Source of the DNA: Cetorhinus maximus
Lineage: Eukaryota
Assembly: GCF_964194155.1 (NCBI RefSeq)
Contig: NC_135884.1
Location: 11,284,001-11,348,000, forward strand
Direction: 5' to 3'
DNA length: 64,000 bases
In this document: piece after piece, positions 11,393-22,800 of the stretch
Layout: each line of letters opens with the position of its first letter
Numbering within the stretch: position 1 is the stretch's first letter
Notes under the pieces: model-generated
Told to the model about the DNA's origin: nothing
The model's database searches: none
What the model saw: the letters and a program-made list of their open reading frames with translations, nothing else
Made by a program: the position numbers and the translations under genes

Positions 11393-12827
11393 TTTATAGC
11401 TAACTAGGAATGAAAGAGTCATGGCAACATCTAAGGATGCCCAAACTCTCCTTAGAATAAAAAAATCCTGGCAATAATCAGGTCCAGAGTGAGCACATAT
11501 CATTACCAATGAAATCAGCACCCTGCGAGTAGGCGACTGATGCCACAGAAATAATACACATTTCCTAATCTCCCAGTGATACATTACAAGTGATACATGG
11601 CTCCCAATCTGACTTTGTTAATGAAACAAAGCAAAATTTCAACTACTTCTTTCTTTCTTCTGGAATTTGGGAGGGAAAAAAAAAAAAATCGATTAACCCA
11701 CCCAGAAAATTCCAGGAATCAACAGTGAAAAACTATTAGCTGGTTAGTGGCAAAAAATCTGATTTTTCACCATCCCAACTGACCTTTAAGGAACTGATTG
11801 TGTCGCTGTAAAATATTTCCATTGAAATGACCCTATTGCCACCCTGTGGAGAAAATAATAACTGCAGGCAGCATTCATTAAAGGGCCGTGCAATGATTTT
11901 TAAATCAGAAACAATGTAATAGAATCATACAGCACAAAAGGAGGCTATTTGGCGCATTGTGCCTGTGTTGGATCTTGGAAACACCTATTTAATTAGTCCG
12001 GTTCCCCTGCCAATTTCCCCATAGCCCTGGAATTTTCTCCCCTTCGAGAATTTATCCAATTCTCTTCTGAAAGTTCCTACTGGATCTGCTTCTGCCACCA
12101 TCTGTGGATGTGCATTCCAGATCAGAACAACTCACTGCAGTCCCTTCAATTTTACTGGATCTTTTGCCAATTATCTTGAATCTGTGCCCTCTGGTTACTG
12201 ACAGCTCTGCCGCTGGAAACTCTCTCGAAAAGCTTCAGAGGTTTGAACTAAATATCCCCTTAACGTTATCTGATGTGAGTAATATCAGCTTCTCTAGTCT
12301 CTCCCACACAGCTGAAGCTCTCCACGCCAGTGACCGGTCCACTAAGTCTCCTCTACACCTTCTCCAAGGCTTTGACATCCTTTCCTAAAGTGCGGCGGCT
12401 AGAATTGGACACAATACTTCAGCTGAGGCAAAGCCAGTAATTTATAAAAGGTTGACCATAAATTTCTTGCTGTTGCATTCTACCCATCTATTTATAAAGA
12501 CAAGGTTCCCTGGGAGCTCTTTTTTTTTAAAACCAGCTTCATCAACCTCCCATCGTCTTCAAAGATGTGAACGTCCCCACCCCCCAATCCCCCTTATCAC
12601 CCCCCAACCCCGCCCCCCCGCCCCCAGGTCTCTGTTCCATCACCCCTTTAAAAATTACTAAGCAGGCTTGCTGTATAATGCTGTGGTAATTTGGTACAGT
12701 GGTAACTAAAATTCAGATGCCGTCTACGCTAAAAGAATTTGGGTAGCTTTGAAGTGATGTCACTGTTATAAATGCAAGCAGCAAAGTTGCACACAGCAAG
12801 ATCCCAGGAGCTGAAATTCAATATACG

Positions 12828-13225
12828 AATTAGGAGCAGGACGAGGCCACTCGGCCCCTCGAGCCTGCTCCGGCATTCAATAAGATCGCAGCTGATCTGA
12901 TTGTAACTTCAACCCCACATTCCCGCCTACCCCCCGATAGCCTTTCGTCCCCTTGTTAATCACGAACCTATCTAGCTCTGCCTTAAAAATGTTCAAAGAC
13001 TCTACTTCCACTGCCTTTTGAGGAAGAGAGTTCCAAAGACTCACAACCTGCCGGGGAAAAAAAAATTTCTCCTCATCTCTGTCTTAAATGAGCGACCCCT
13101 TATTTTTAAACAGTGACCCCCCTGGTTCTAGATTGTCCCACCAAAGGAAACATCCTCTCCACATCCTCCCTGTCAAGACCACTCAGGATCTTAAAGGTTT
13201 CAATTAAGTCACATCTCACTCTTCT
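12828..13225 (-). mobile_element. CR1 LINE 3' end
   Basis: Reverse of the CR1 tail (taggagcagg..ggcccctcgagcctgctc). Similar minus-strand ends at ~11925-12560, 14790-15020, 44388-44830, 49000-49640, 52240-52670. Confidence 0.78.
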
Positions 13226-13714
13226 AAATTCCAGAGGATAATGACCAGAATGGTTTTTTTTTTGGGTGATGTTGGTTGAGGTTTAAATGCTTCCCAGGGC
13301 ACAAGAGGGAACCTCCCGACTCTTCTTCAGACAGCGCCACGGGATCTTTTACTTCCATCTGAGAGGGCACGCAAATTTTAGGTTTAAGGTCTCCTTCCAA
13401 ACACAGCAGCTCCCATGGCGCAGCACTCCCGCGGTACCACACCGGGGCGCCAGCCTGGATTTGGTGCCCGAGTCTCTGGAGTGGGGTTTGAACCTGCGGC
13501 CTTCCGACATGGGAGCGGGGAGACTAACGACTGAGACCCGGCCAGAGCCATTTTAGAAGGGCGTCTTTTACAATTAGTTCCAGATCCCAGTCGGACGGTG
13601 CGATGGGGGGTTGTAACTCCTCTTTGTAGGGGTGGGGGGAGGTGAGTTAAGATAGGATGTATCGTATCTCTAACCTGTATTGCTATTTGAAATGGTATAA
13701 AATTAAGGTTGTAC

Positions 13715-14485
13715 CTGAACGTGCTGGGCAATCACTGTAGGGGTGACAGCACTGGAGGCGGGAAAAACCACCGTGTTCAGAACGCCAGCGTTACTTTTAT
13801 CTGGAGGGGGACTATTTCGGGCAATCAGTAGCGTGGCAGGCAGCTCGAGGTCCTTTGGCTTCTTGGGTTTTGGTGGTTGAAGGCTGCCATTGTTTTCTAA
13901 CCTCTCCTGACTGGGACTTGGCGCCTGAGGCGAATCATCACCGGCAGGTTTGGCGCCAAGGACGACACATTCAAACTCTTCAATGGCCTTCATCTTCACC
14001 TTGAAGTCCCCCTGGTGGAGGCTCCCGCCGCACGTTTCCATGGCAACGTCGCCACCAACTTGCTGCTGCTGCTCCTCCCCCTCCCCCTCCCCCTCCTCCT
14101 CCTCCTCCTCCTCCTCCTCCTCTCGGCGTTTAACCTCAGGCTCCTCGGGAAGCCTCTCGGGCCCCCGGGCTTTCCCCTCGAGGCCTGGCGTTTCCACAGC
14201 CCGCGGGGGAGAGTCGCTGGCCTCCCGGGACCGGTGGTGGTTGCTGCTCTGCAGCGACTGGATGGTGAAGGTTGAGTATAGGCCGGAGCGCATGTACTCG
14301 TTCCGGGACGAGATCCTGGTGGTGGGCTTCAGCTGCCTCTGCGAAGAGAGGCCTTCATCCTTCGGCCTGCTCGTCGCCCACTCGCTTTCCGCGGCCTCGT
14401 ACTTCTCCGACTCCATCGCCAGGCTGTCCGGCAGGGACACAAACTTATAAACAAACTTCTGCCCGTTCACTTTCTTGATGATGTT
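13715..14485 (-). CDS. ELK1: ELK1 second coding exon (ETS C-terminus, B-box, D-domain; 257 codons)
   Basis: Acceptor tttgttttccag|AAC; NIIKKVNGQKFVYKFVS completes the ETS domain; SSRNEYMRSGLYSTFTIQSLQ is the ELK1-type SRF-binding B-box; KPKKPKDLELP is the MAPK-docking D-domain; donor CAG|gtacaa; 771 nt, phase 0. Confidence 0.93.
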
Positions 14486-15069
14486 CTGGAAAACAAATGA
14501 TTTTGTGACAAAGTAAAATCACAAGGGACAGTGGGGGGTGTAAGGCCTTGACTTTTGTACCTTCAGTCAAGATGGGAAAGAGGCTTCAACTCAATATTGT
14601 TTGCTTCACCCAAAGTTAAAATGACACACCCCCCTCCTCCCCCCTCCCCCAATTTGTTGCTTTAAGGACAGTTTATAAATTCCCAAATTTTCTCCCTTCC
14701 TAGGGGCTCTGAGCCTTGCTTTGGGTCAGTTCTAGGCATGCTGATTATCTGTTATCTCACCAAGTGGGGCACTCTGCCTTTACCGCAGAGACTCATAATG
14801 GCACAGGAGGAGGCCGTTCAGCCCATCGAGTCCATGCTGGCTCCCTGTACGACACACCAAATCGGTCCCATCCATTGCCCCTCTCTATCCCCATAGTCCC
14901 GCATGGTTTTTTTTTTGTCCCTCGAGTGCCCACCCAATTTCCTTTTGAACTCATTCATCGACTCTGCTCCCGCCGCCCTTACAGGCAGCGAGGTCCAGTT
15001 CACTACCACTCACTAGTGTAAGAAACGTTCTTCCTCAACGTTTATTTTTTATTCATTCGCCGGGGGTGG

Positions 15070-15468
15070 GGGCAGAATTTTACGCTGATCGGGTGGGCGC
15101 CCAGCCCGATCGGACACTTAAGAGGCCAATTAAGGTCATTAAAGGCGCAATTGCCTCTGATTTTTCGTGGTCTGCACATTTCTTTTCCTGATTTTAAAAA
15201 CTTGATTTCATGCTTTTCAGGTCTTCAGCTCCCTGAGGCAGCTCTCTGCCTTCGGGGAGCTTTCTGTCAGCTCACGCCCGCGCCCGCGCCCGCACTGACA
15301 TCAGTGGCCTCCCTCCCCCCGACCCCACCCCGACAGCGCTGAGCTCCTCAGCACACGCCTCATGCTAGCCATTAATTGGCCAGCCAGCGTCAAATCGCGG
15401 TTGGGGGGGCCGATCAGGGTTGGCCCCAGCCAATCTGGACCCGCCTAAACCAATCTAAAAATCCTGCC
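15070..15468. mobile_element. Harbinger-type MITE inserted in a LINE 3' end
   Basis: GGGCAGAATTTT ... AAAATCCTGCC; host LINE tail (ttattcattc..gggatgtgggc) resumes after it. Confidence 0.7.
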
Positions 15469-16540
15469 TGGGATGTGGGCTTCGCTGCATTTATTGCCCA
15501 TCCCTAATAGTCCTTGAGAAGGTGGAGGTGGTGGTGAGCTGCCTTCCCGAACCGCTGCAGTCCATGTGGTGTAGGTACACCCACAGCGCTGTTAGGGAGG
15601 GAGTTCCAGGATCTTGACCCTGCATCTCCAGCCCAAAACCTTAAATCTATGTCCCCCTAGTCCCTGTACCATCAGCTGCTGGGAACAGCTTCTCTTTGTC
15701 TATCTAAACCTTGTAACCCTCCCAGATCTCTCCTCAACCTCCAAGGTGAACAATCCCAGCTTCCTATCCTTGTAGCTAAAATCCCTCATCCCTGGAACCA
15801 TCCTAGTAAATTTCCTCTGGACCCTTCTCAAGGGCTCTCACATCCTTCCTAAAAAAAGTGTGCTGACCAGAGCCAGATGTGACACTCTAGTTGTGACCTA
15901 AGCAGAGCTTAATAAAGGTGCTGTGCTCACCCAACCTCCACTCATGTTTACTTAGCAGTAAAGTTGACAGCTTAACGACCAGGGGTTGGGATCCCTGTCT
16001 CGGTGTTTTTTTAAACTCCCTAATCGGCTGAGGTCCATTTTGACATTAGAGCAAGATGCCTTGGCTGAGATCTGTTCACTCAGCACATTTCCGGGATCAA
16101 ATCCTGAGACCCTCCCATGCTGCGATGCTCTGTTTCGTCCTCGGGGGCCACACTTACTAGTTGAAGCACGGGAGGTGCCTAAATTCTGGAATTACCCTGG
16201 GAGAAATGGTTTCCATGCCAAAACGCAGAAGGAATGTAATCTCTGTGCGCCGGGAGCAGAAAGCGGTGAGGTGATGAATGAGACAGAGACGGGCAGGAAG
16301 AAGATGGAGTCAGGGTTAATTTGCTGGAAGTATAATTATCAAGTAAGCCAATATTTATTGAGAATGAAATAGAACAAGCATCATCTGTAAGGGTCAGACC
16401 AGCCAATACTAGGGCCATTACTTAGAGTGCAAGGGCCCATTGTCGAAGTTGTACTTCCAGGCTAAGGAGACCTCTGTCCCAGTCAAGTGTAACTATTGCA
16501 CCTTAAAATGAGATTAAATTTGGTAGCTCATCTTCTCAAA

Positions 16541-17019
16541 GCAGGAGTATGGTGCAATAGTCTCCACTTGCCTGGATGAGTACAGCTTGCTGATCGACAC
16601 CATCCAGAACAAAGCAGTCCGCTTGTTCCACACCCTGTTCACCGCCCTTAAACATTCAGTCCCTCCACCACTGGCACACAGCGGCAGCAGTGTGTACGAT
16701 ATACAAGACGCACTTTAGCAACTCCCATAGGCTCCTTCGACAGCACCTTCCAAACCTGTCACCTCTACCAGCTAGAGGAATAACGACTGTAAACGCAGCA
16801 GAACACCACCCCCTTCCAGCCACACACCATCCCGACTGGAACATATATTGGCCCTTCCTTCATTGCCACTCGGTCAAAAGCCTGGAGTTTTCTATCTAAC
16901 GGCACTCTGGGAGTGCCATGGAAGCTGGCTCACCACCACCTTCACAAGGGCAGCTGGAGAGGGGCAATAAATAGTGACGTTGCTAGAGATATTCACATGC
17001 CTGAGAACGAATTTTAAAT
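16541..17019 (+). mobile_element. LINE family B 3' fragment (older)
   Basis: Colinear with 18225-18732. Confidence 0.8.
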
Positions 17020-17030
17020 ATAAATCATGG

Positions 17031-18732
17031 AGAAAAGATAAGGCTGAAGCAATTGCTACAATCTTCAGCCAGACGTGCCAAGTAGGTGATCCATCTCGGC
17101 CTCCTCCGGAGGTCCCCAGCATCACAGATGCCAGGCCTCAGCCAATTCAATTCTCTCCACGTGATATCAAGAAACAGCTGAAGGCAATGGATACTGCAAA
17201 GGCTATGGGCCCTGACAATATTCCAGCAATAGTACTGAAGACTTGTGTTCCAGAACTTGCTGCGCCCCTACTGATCCAGTACAACTGCAACATGGGCATC
17301 TACCTGGCTAAGTGGAAAATTGCCCAGCTATGTCTTGCAGACAAAAAGCAGGACAAATCCAACAAGGCTAATTACCGCCCCAAGAGTCTACTCTCTATCA
17401 TCAGTAAAGTAATGGAAGGGGTCATCCATAGTGCTATCAAGTGGCACTGGCTTAGCAATAACCTACTCACTGATGCCCAGTTTGGGTTCTGCCTGGGCCA
17501 CTCAGCTCCTGACCTCATTACAGCCTTGGTTCAAACATGGACAAAAGAGCTGAACTCCAGAGGTGAGGTGAGAGTGACTGCCCTTGACATCAAGGCAGCA
17601 TTTGACCAAGTGTGGCATCAAGGAGCCCAAGCAAAACTGGAGTCAATGAGAATCATGGGGAAAACTCTCCACTGGATGGGGTCATACCTAGCACAAAGGA
17701 AGATGGTTGTGGTTGTTGGGGGTCAGTCATCTCAGTTCCAGGACATCACTGCAGGAGTTCCTCAGGGTAGTATCCTCGGCCCAACCATCTTCAGCTGCTT
17801 CGTCAATGACCTTCCTTCCATCATAAGGTCAGAAGTGGGGATGTTAGCTGATGATTGCACAATGTTCAGTACCATTCACCACTACTCAGATACTGAAGCA
17901 GTTCATCTCCAAATGCAGAAAGACCTGGACAGTATCCTGGCTTGGACTGACAAGTGGCAAGTAACATTTGTGCCACACAAGTGCCAGGCAATGTCCATCT
18001 CTCCAACAAGAGAGAATCTAACCATCGCCCTTTGACATTTAATGGTATTACCATCACTGAATCCCTGACTATCAACATCTTGGGGGTTACCATTGACCAG
18101 AAACTGAACTGGACCAGCCATATAAATACTGTGGCTACAAGAGCAGGTCAGAGGCTAGGAATCCTGCAGCGATTAACTCACCTCCTGACTCCCCAAAGCC
18201 TGTCCACCAATCACAAGGCACAAATCAGGAGCATGATGGAATGCTCCCCACTTGCCTGGATGAGTGCAGCTCCCACAACACTCAGGAAGCTTGACTCCGT
18301 CCAGGACAAAGCAGCCCACTTGATTGGTACCACATCCACAAACATTCACTCCCTCTGCCACTGTAGCAGCAGTGTGTACCATCTACAAGGTGCACTTCAG
18401 GAATTCACCAAGGCTTCTTAGACACCACCTTCCAAACCACTGACCACTACTATCTAGAAGGACAAGGGAGCAGAGAAATGGGAAGATCACCACCAGAAAG
18501 TTCCCCTCCAAGCCACTCACCATCCTGACTTGGGAATATATCGCTGTTCCTTCACTGTCGCTGGGGCACAATCCTGGAACTCCCTCCCTAACAGCACTGT
18601 GGGTGTACCTACACCACATGGACTGCAGCTTTCAAGAAGGCAGCTCACCACCACTTTCTCAAGAGCAACTAGGGATGGGCAATAAATGCTGGCCCAGCCA
18701 GTGAAGCCCACATCCCGTGAATGAAAAAAAAA
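17031..18732 (+). mobile_element. 5'-truncated LINE (CR1/L2 group, 'family B'), RT-encoding, antisense in an ELK1 intron
   Basis: ORF 16974-18035 with RT motifs KAMGPDNI, NYRP.SLL, QFGF, LDIKAAFD, GVPQGSILGP, LADD; frameshift to ORF 17954-18421; 3' tail ...cccacatccc..aatgaaaaaaaaa. Confidence 0.92.
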
Positions 18733-18856
18733 GACACATGCTAAATGTCATTGTGTTTTACCAACTTTGTTCCATAATGTTGGGTGATTCTAAAATTGTC
18801 TGCTAGGCCCATGGCTGGTTTAAGCGAAGCCAACTCTAAATACAGATTGCTCTTAC

Positions 18857-19060
18857 CTTGTCGTAGTAATATCTAAGCGCCCGGCTCAGCTTATCGTAGT
18901 TCATGTTGGTTTTATTCTTGCGCATGCCCCACAGCCGCGCCACCTCCTCTGCATTACGTAGTTTGAACTCCCCATCTTTCGAAGTCCAGCAAATGAGGTC
19001 GCTCTTGTTCTCGTCCAAGAGCTGCCGTAGAAACTGCCACAAAGTTATCGAGTTGTCCAT
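18857..19060 (-). CDS. ELK1: ELK1 first coding exon (ETS domain N-terminal part, 68 aa)
   Basis: Minus strand reads [68 protein letters not shown], a TCF-subfamily ETS domain. Acceptor ttctctcctgcag ends at 19068, 7 nt before the ATG; donor AAG|gtaaga at 18856. Confidence 0.95.
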
Positions 19061-19392
19061 CGCTGAGCTGCAGGAGAGAACCAATCAGTGAAACCAGAGG
19101 CTCCATATGAGCTATAATACAAAGAGAAGCAAAAAAAATTACGTCTGTGCCTATAATACCTTGCCTCCTGTTGTCACATTTTCTGACAATAACACCCCTG
19201 TCTGCATTTTGGAAATTCTCATGTAAACATATCATGGCCCCGCCAGTTGACCCGTAACAAAGTGGTTCAATTTTGCCTTTCCTAGTTTGTAAATTTGCAA
19301 TGAGATTCTGAATCTAATCCAGGGATGTAAATTTAGAAACAGTAGGAATCCTGACTCTAATGCCTGGGGCATTTGCCCACAGCTCCATATCA

Positions 19393-19815
19393 GCTGTGTT
19401 TGAGTTAGTAGCACTCTTGCCCTCTGAGGCAGCAGGTTGTGGGATAAAGTCCTACTGTAGGTCCTGAGCAAGGCTCACAGTCCAGTACCTAACTGAGGGA
19501 ATGCTGCACTGTCGGGAGTGCCGTCTTTCAGGTGAGAAGTTCAATTATGAGTCCTAGTCTGCCCTCTCAGGTTGATATAAATGATCTCATGGCACTGTTT
19601 TGAAGGACAGCGGGCGAGTTATGTCCTGGACAATATTTACCCCTCAATCAACATCACAAAAACAGATGATCTGGTCATTAGCATATTGTCGCTTGTGGGA
19701 GCTTGCTGTGCGCAAATTAACTGCCATGTTTTGTGTGTTATAACAATGACCACGCAAAGAGCTTCAGGGTGACCTGTGGTTGTAAAAGGCGCTATATAAT
19801 TGCAAATCTGTTTTT
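19393..19815 (+). mobile_element. Deu-domain SINE
   Basis: Colinear with 10974-11392. Confidence 0.75.
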
Positions 19816-20843
19816 TCATCTTAATTCTTTTTAACAAGCTCGTTCCTTTGCTTCAATCAGTTTCTTATCCATTCCCAAATTTTACCCCTTCAATCCACAC
19901 AATTTATAGCTTAACAGGTGGCCTTTTATTCAGAACTCTGTGAGACGGCTTTTGAGAGTCAAGATACAACACGTCATGAGATGTTCCATCAAAACGTCAC
20001 TTCCTCAAAAAAGTCAGGGTGGTTAGTCGGGCTTTTCCTATCTAAGGGGTTATCATAATGACCACTGGTGATAATCCATTATTTAAGTTGGCATTGATGT
20101 TAGAATGGTGAGTAATTGTTGCCTGAGCTTGATTGTCAATATTTTGAAAACGAGCAATGTGTTAGCTTGTATTTTACCTATTGGGAATCTTCCCATCATT
20201 CATCCATTTATAATGTCTTTTCTCACCCCTCCCTTCCCGCCTCAACCCCACCACCACCATCTTCATTGTACAGAGACATATCCATTCCCGTGATGTATAA
20301 GTCCCGGGCAAGGTCACCATTTGTTGCCGATTCCTACTTTCCCTTTCGGTCTTCCTCAACAGCTGCAGTCCATGTGTTGTAGGAACACCCAAAGTGCAGC
20401 TGGGGAGGGTCTGCCAGGATTTTAACCCGGGACAGTGAAGGAACGACGATATAGTTCCAGGTCAGAAATGTGTATGACCTGGAGGGGAACATGGAGGTGG
20501 TGGTGTTCACATGGTGGTGCCCGTCCCCCTTGTCCTTCTAGGTGGTAGAGGTCACAGGTTTGGAAGGTGCTGTCAAAGGAGCCTTGGTGAGTTGCTGCAG
20601 TGCATCTTGTAGATGGTACACACTGTGCGTTGGTGGTGGAGAGATGCACTGTTTAAGGCATAGTGGAAAAGGTAATAATTTGTAACAGTGGTCACCATTC
20701 AAGTGACCATCAGGTCCATCGCTGATCACAATATACCCACTGTGTGTATAAACTGGGTAACTGTCTACCAGAAGATTTTAGTAAAGCAACACATGCCCAG
20801 TAAAGATACGTTCACTACCTTTCCACTAGCTAAGAGCAAACAA

Positions 20844-20971
20844 GGGCCAGGATTTAACAACCCTGCCGCAGCGCCTCCCACTGGTGGGTGCCGTGAGCCA
20901 TTTACAACTCCATTCAGTTCGGCGGGACTGTAATACCCCCGCTGGGCGAGAGGGGGCGTACAATCCGAGCC
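20844..20971. mobile_element. ~130-bp Harbinger-type MITE (reverse of the 2745 copy)
   Basis: GGGCCAGGATTT...AATCCGAGCC; gcgggac..cccgctgg..agggg core is reverse-similar to 2745-2874. Confidence 0.55.
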
Positions 20972-21733
20972 AAAGGGTTTTTTTTTGCATTTAAACCTCT
21001 CCCTGCCCCAAACACTAAGCACACTCCCAGATAGTGTGATGGCAAATTGGGGGGGTGACATTGACTCAACTCTCCTCTCTCGCTGTGAAATGGCAGAGTG
21101 TGGTCATTTCATGCTCCAACAGGTTTCACCTGTGATCGACCAAGTAGCATGATCACGCCACCAACCGTGTGGTCACGTAACCACGGAGAAACCGAAACAA
21201 GGGTTGCGCCAACGCTGAAAGCACAGTCCTGCTGGGTGTTGGCAATGCTTCTTGAGCAAGCTCCGTTGAGCCTGCTAGGACATGTTTTGAGGGATGGGGA
21301 GACTAAACGCTTTTCGGGACGTACTGAAGCACAGCCCGACATTCACGCAAATCCGGGAGGTCACAGAAGCGATCCGACCATCGTGACACCCGCTAATCTG
21401 ACGGGAAGGGGAGGCAACTTTGTTGTCCATCACACTGTGGCCAAGACAACGTCAACAGCAATGGCACCAGGAACAAAGCAACCAAGGCATGCACCACATG
21501 CACTGGAGGAAGCCCCGTGCCTCTTGCCTGTATCATCCAGCCCTGAGTGGATCCCAAGAGATCAGCAACTTGTCAGCAACAACTTGGGAAAGTGAAGTTG
21601 AGGCAGAAGATCAGCCATGATTATACTGAATGATGAAGCAAGCTTGAGGGGCCATATGGTCCACTCCTGCTCCTAGTTCTTATGTTCTTTAGACAATCAT
21701 CTTCAATATGGCAGGGCAACCGATCATCCGTTG

Positions 21734-22081
21734 GGAGGTTGCCAACCCTCCAGGGTTAGCCTGGAGTCTCCAGGAATTGAAGGTCAATCTCCGGGACACT
21801 GTACAACTCTGAAGAATAATCATCGGGACATTTAAAAAAAAAACGGTCATTTTCTTTGAACATTTCTCTTTACCAGGTACCAGGTGGGGGAGAAAGGCTG
21901 TTTTGGCTGACAGTCAATCATCATCCAATTGGGTAATGAGTCTTTTTGCTTTCCAATTGGTGTAAGAAAGCAGTTCGTCACGAGGATGGCTGACTAATGG
22001 CTGGGGGGGTGGGGGGGGTGGGGGGGGCAAGTCATGTGGTGAATCCTCAAGGAATACACTTAATCGCAGTCGGCAGCTCTA
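21734..22081. mobile_element. hAT-type MITE (same family as 25304)
   Basis: ggttgccaaccctccagg..ctggagtctccaggaattgaag colinear with 25304-25710; TSD not clear. Confidence 0.72.
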
Positions 22082-22120
22082 GAATGGGTTGCAGTACACT
22101 GTGATGTTATGACGACTCAC

Positions 22121-22206
22121 AACGTTACCATGGTGATGCAGGGCTTGTGGGGAGAAAGGCGGGAAGAAGACAAGTTAGACGTTTCCAACATGGCCGCCCT
22201 GACGCA
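22121..22206 (-). promoter_or_regulatory. Candidate upstream ELK1 exon / promoter-like motif cluster
   Basis: Consensus donor gtgagt at 22120-22115; YY1-type CAACATGGCCGCC (22186-22198), E2F-like GGCGGGAA, RFX X-box-like GTTACCATGGTGAT (22124-22137), CRE-like TGACGCA. Confidence 0.35.
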
Positions 22207-22800
22207 TGAACATTCTACCAGTGACAAACAACCGGGTCTGAAAACCTCACCCAGACCCGCTACCCAGTCTCAGCCACTGCATTTCAGAGCTGCCAGGACT
22301 AAAAAAAAAAAACAGGTTCATCATCGGAGGAAAGCTGTCAATTTAAAGCAGAGAAATGCAACAAATTACAGAAGCTGAGCTTTCCCCCACCCAGGGAATT
22401 GCTCTAGCAGAGGGAGCGAATAGCCAGCACTCTGAAACCTCCGTGCATATTCCCCAATGCTGGCTGCGATGATGGAGTAGTGATCACACTGTACTAGTTG
22501 CTGTAACTGCTATAAACCAGTCACTTATTTCTAAACGTGCAGCAGGTTTATTGACAAGAGTTTTAAAATAGCTCTGCAATCACTAAATGTTTGCACCATG
22601 TTTATCCCAGCTCTTGCTGCTAGTAAGCTTCTGTGTAAACTTGTTTACTTTGCGCTGAATCCACACCCAGGCTTCACCAATCAAGCACAGTGAGCATAGA
22701 TCAGTAACCAGACTCACATAATTAAACACAGAACAATTGAACACTACACTGTATCTGCTGTAAACCTTTCACGATATGACTATGTGCGTGTGTGTGGTTT

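Noticed and set aside
13950-14478. Plus-strand ORFs with poly-Ser/poly-Leu
   Set aside because: Antisense shadows of the GC-rich ELK1 exon.
16974-18035. 353-aa reverse transcriptase ORF as a retron, DGR or domesticated gene
   Set aside because: 5'-truncated multi-copy LINE with a frameshift and an A-rich tail.
21098-21595. 165-aa ORF
   Set aside because: Non-ATG start, no recognisable domain or exon structure.
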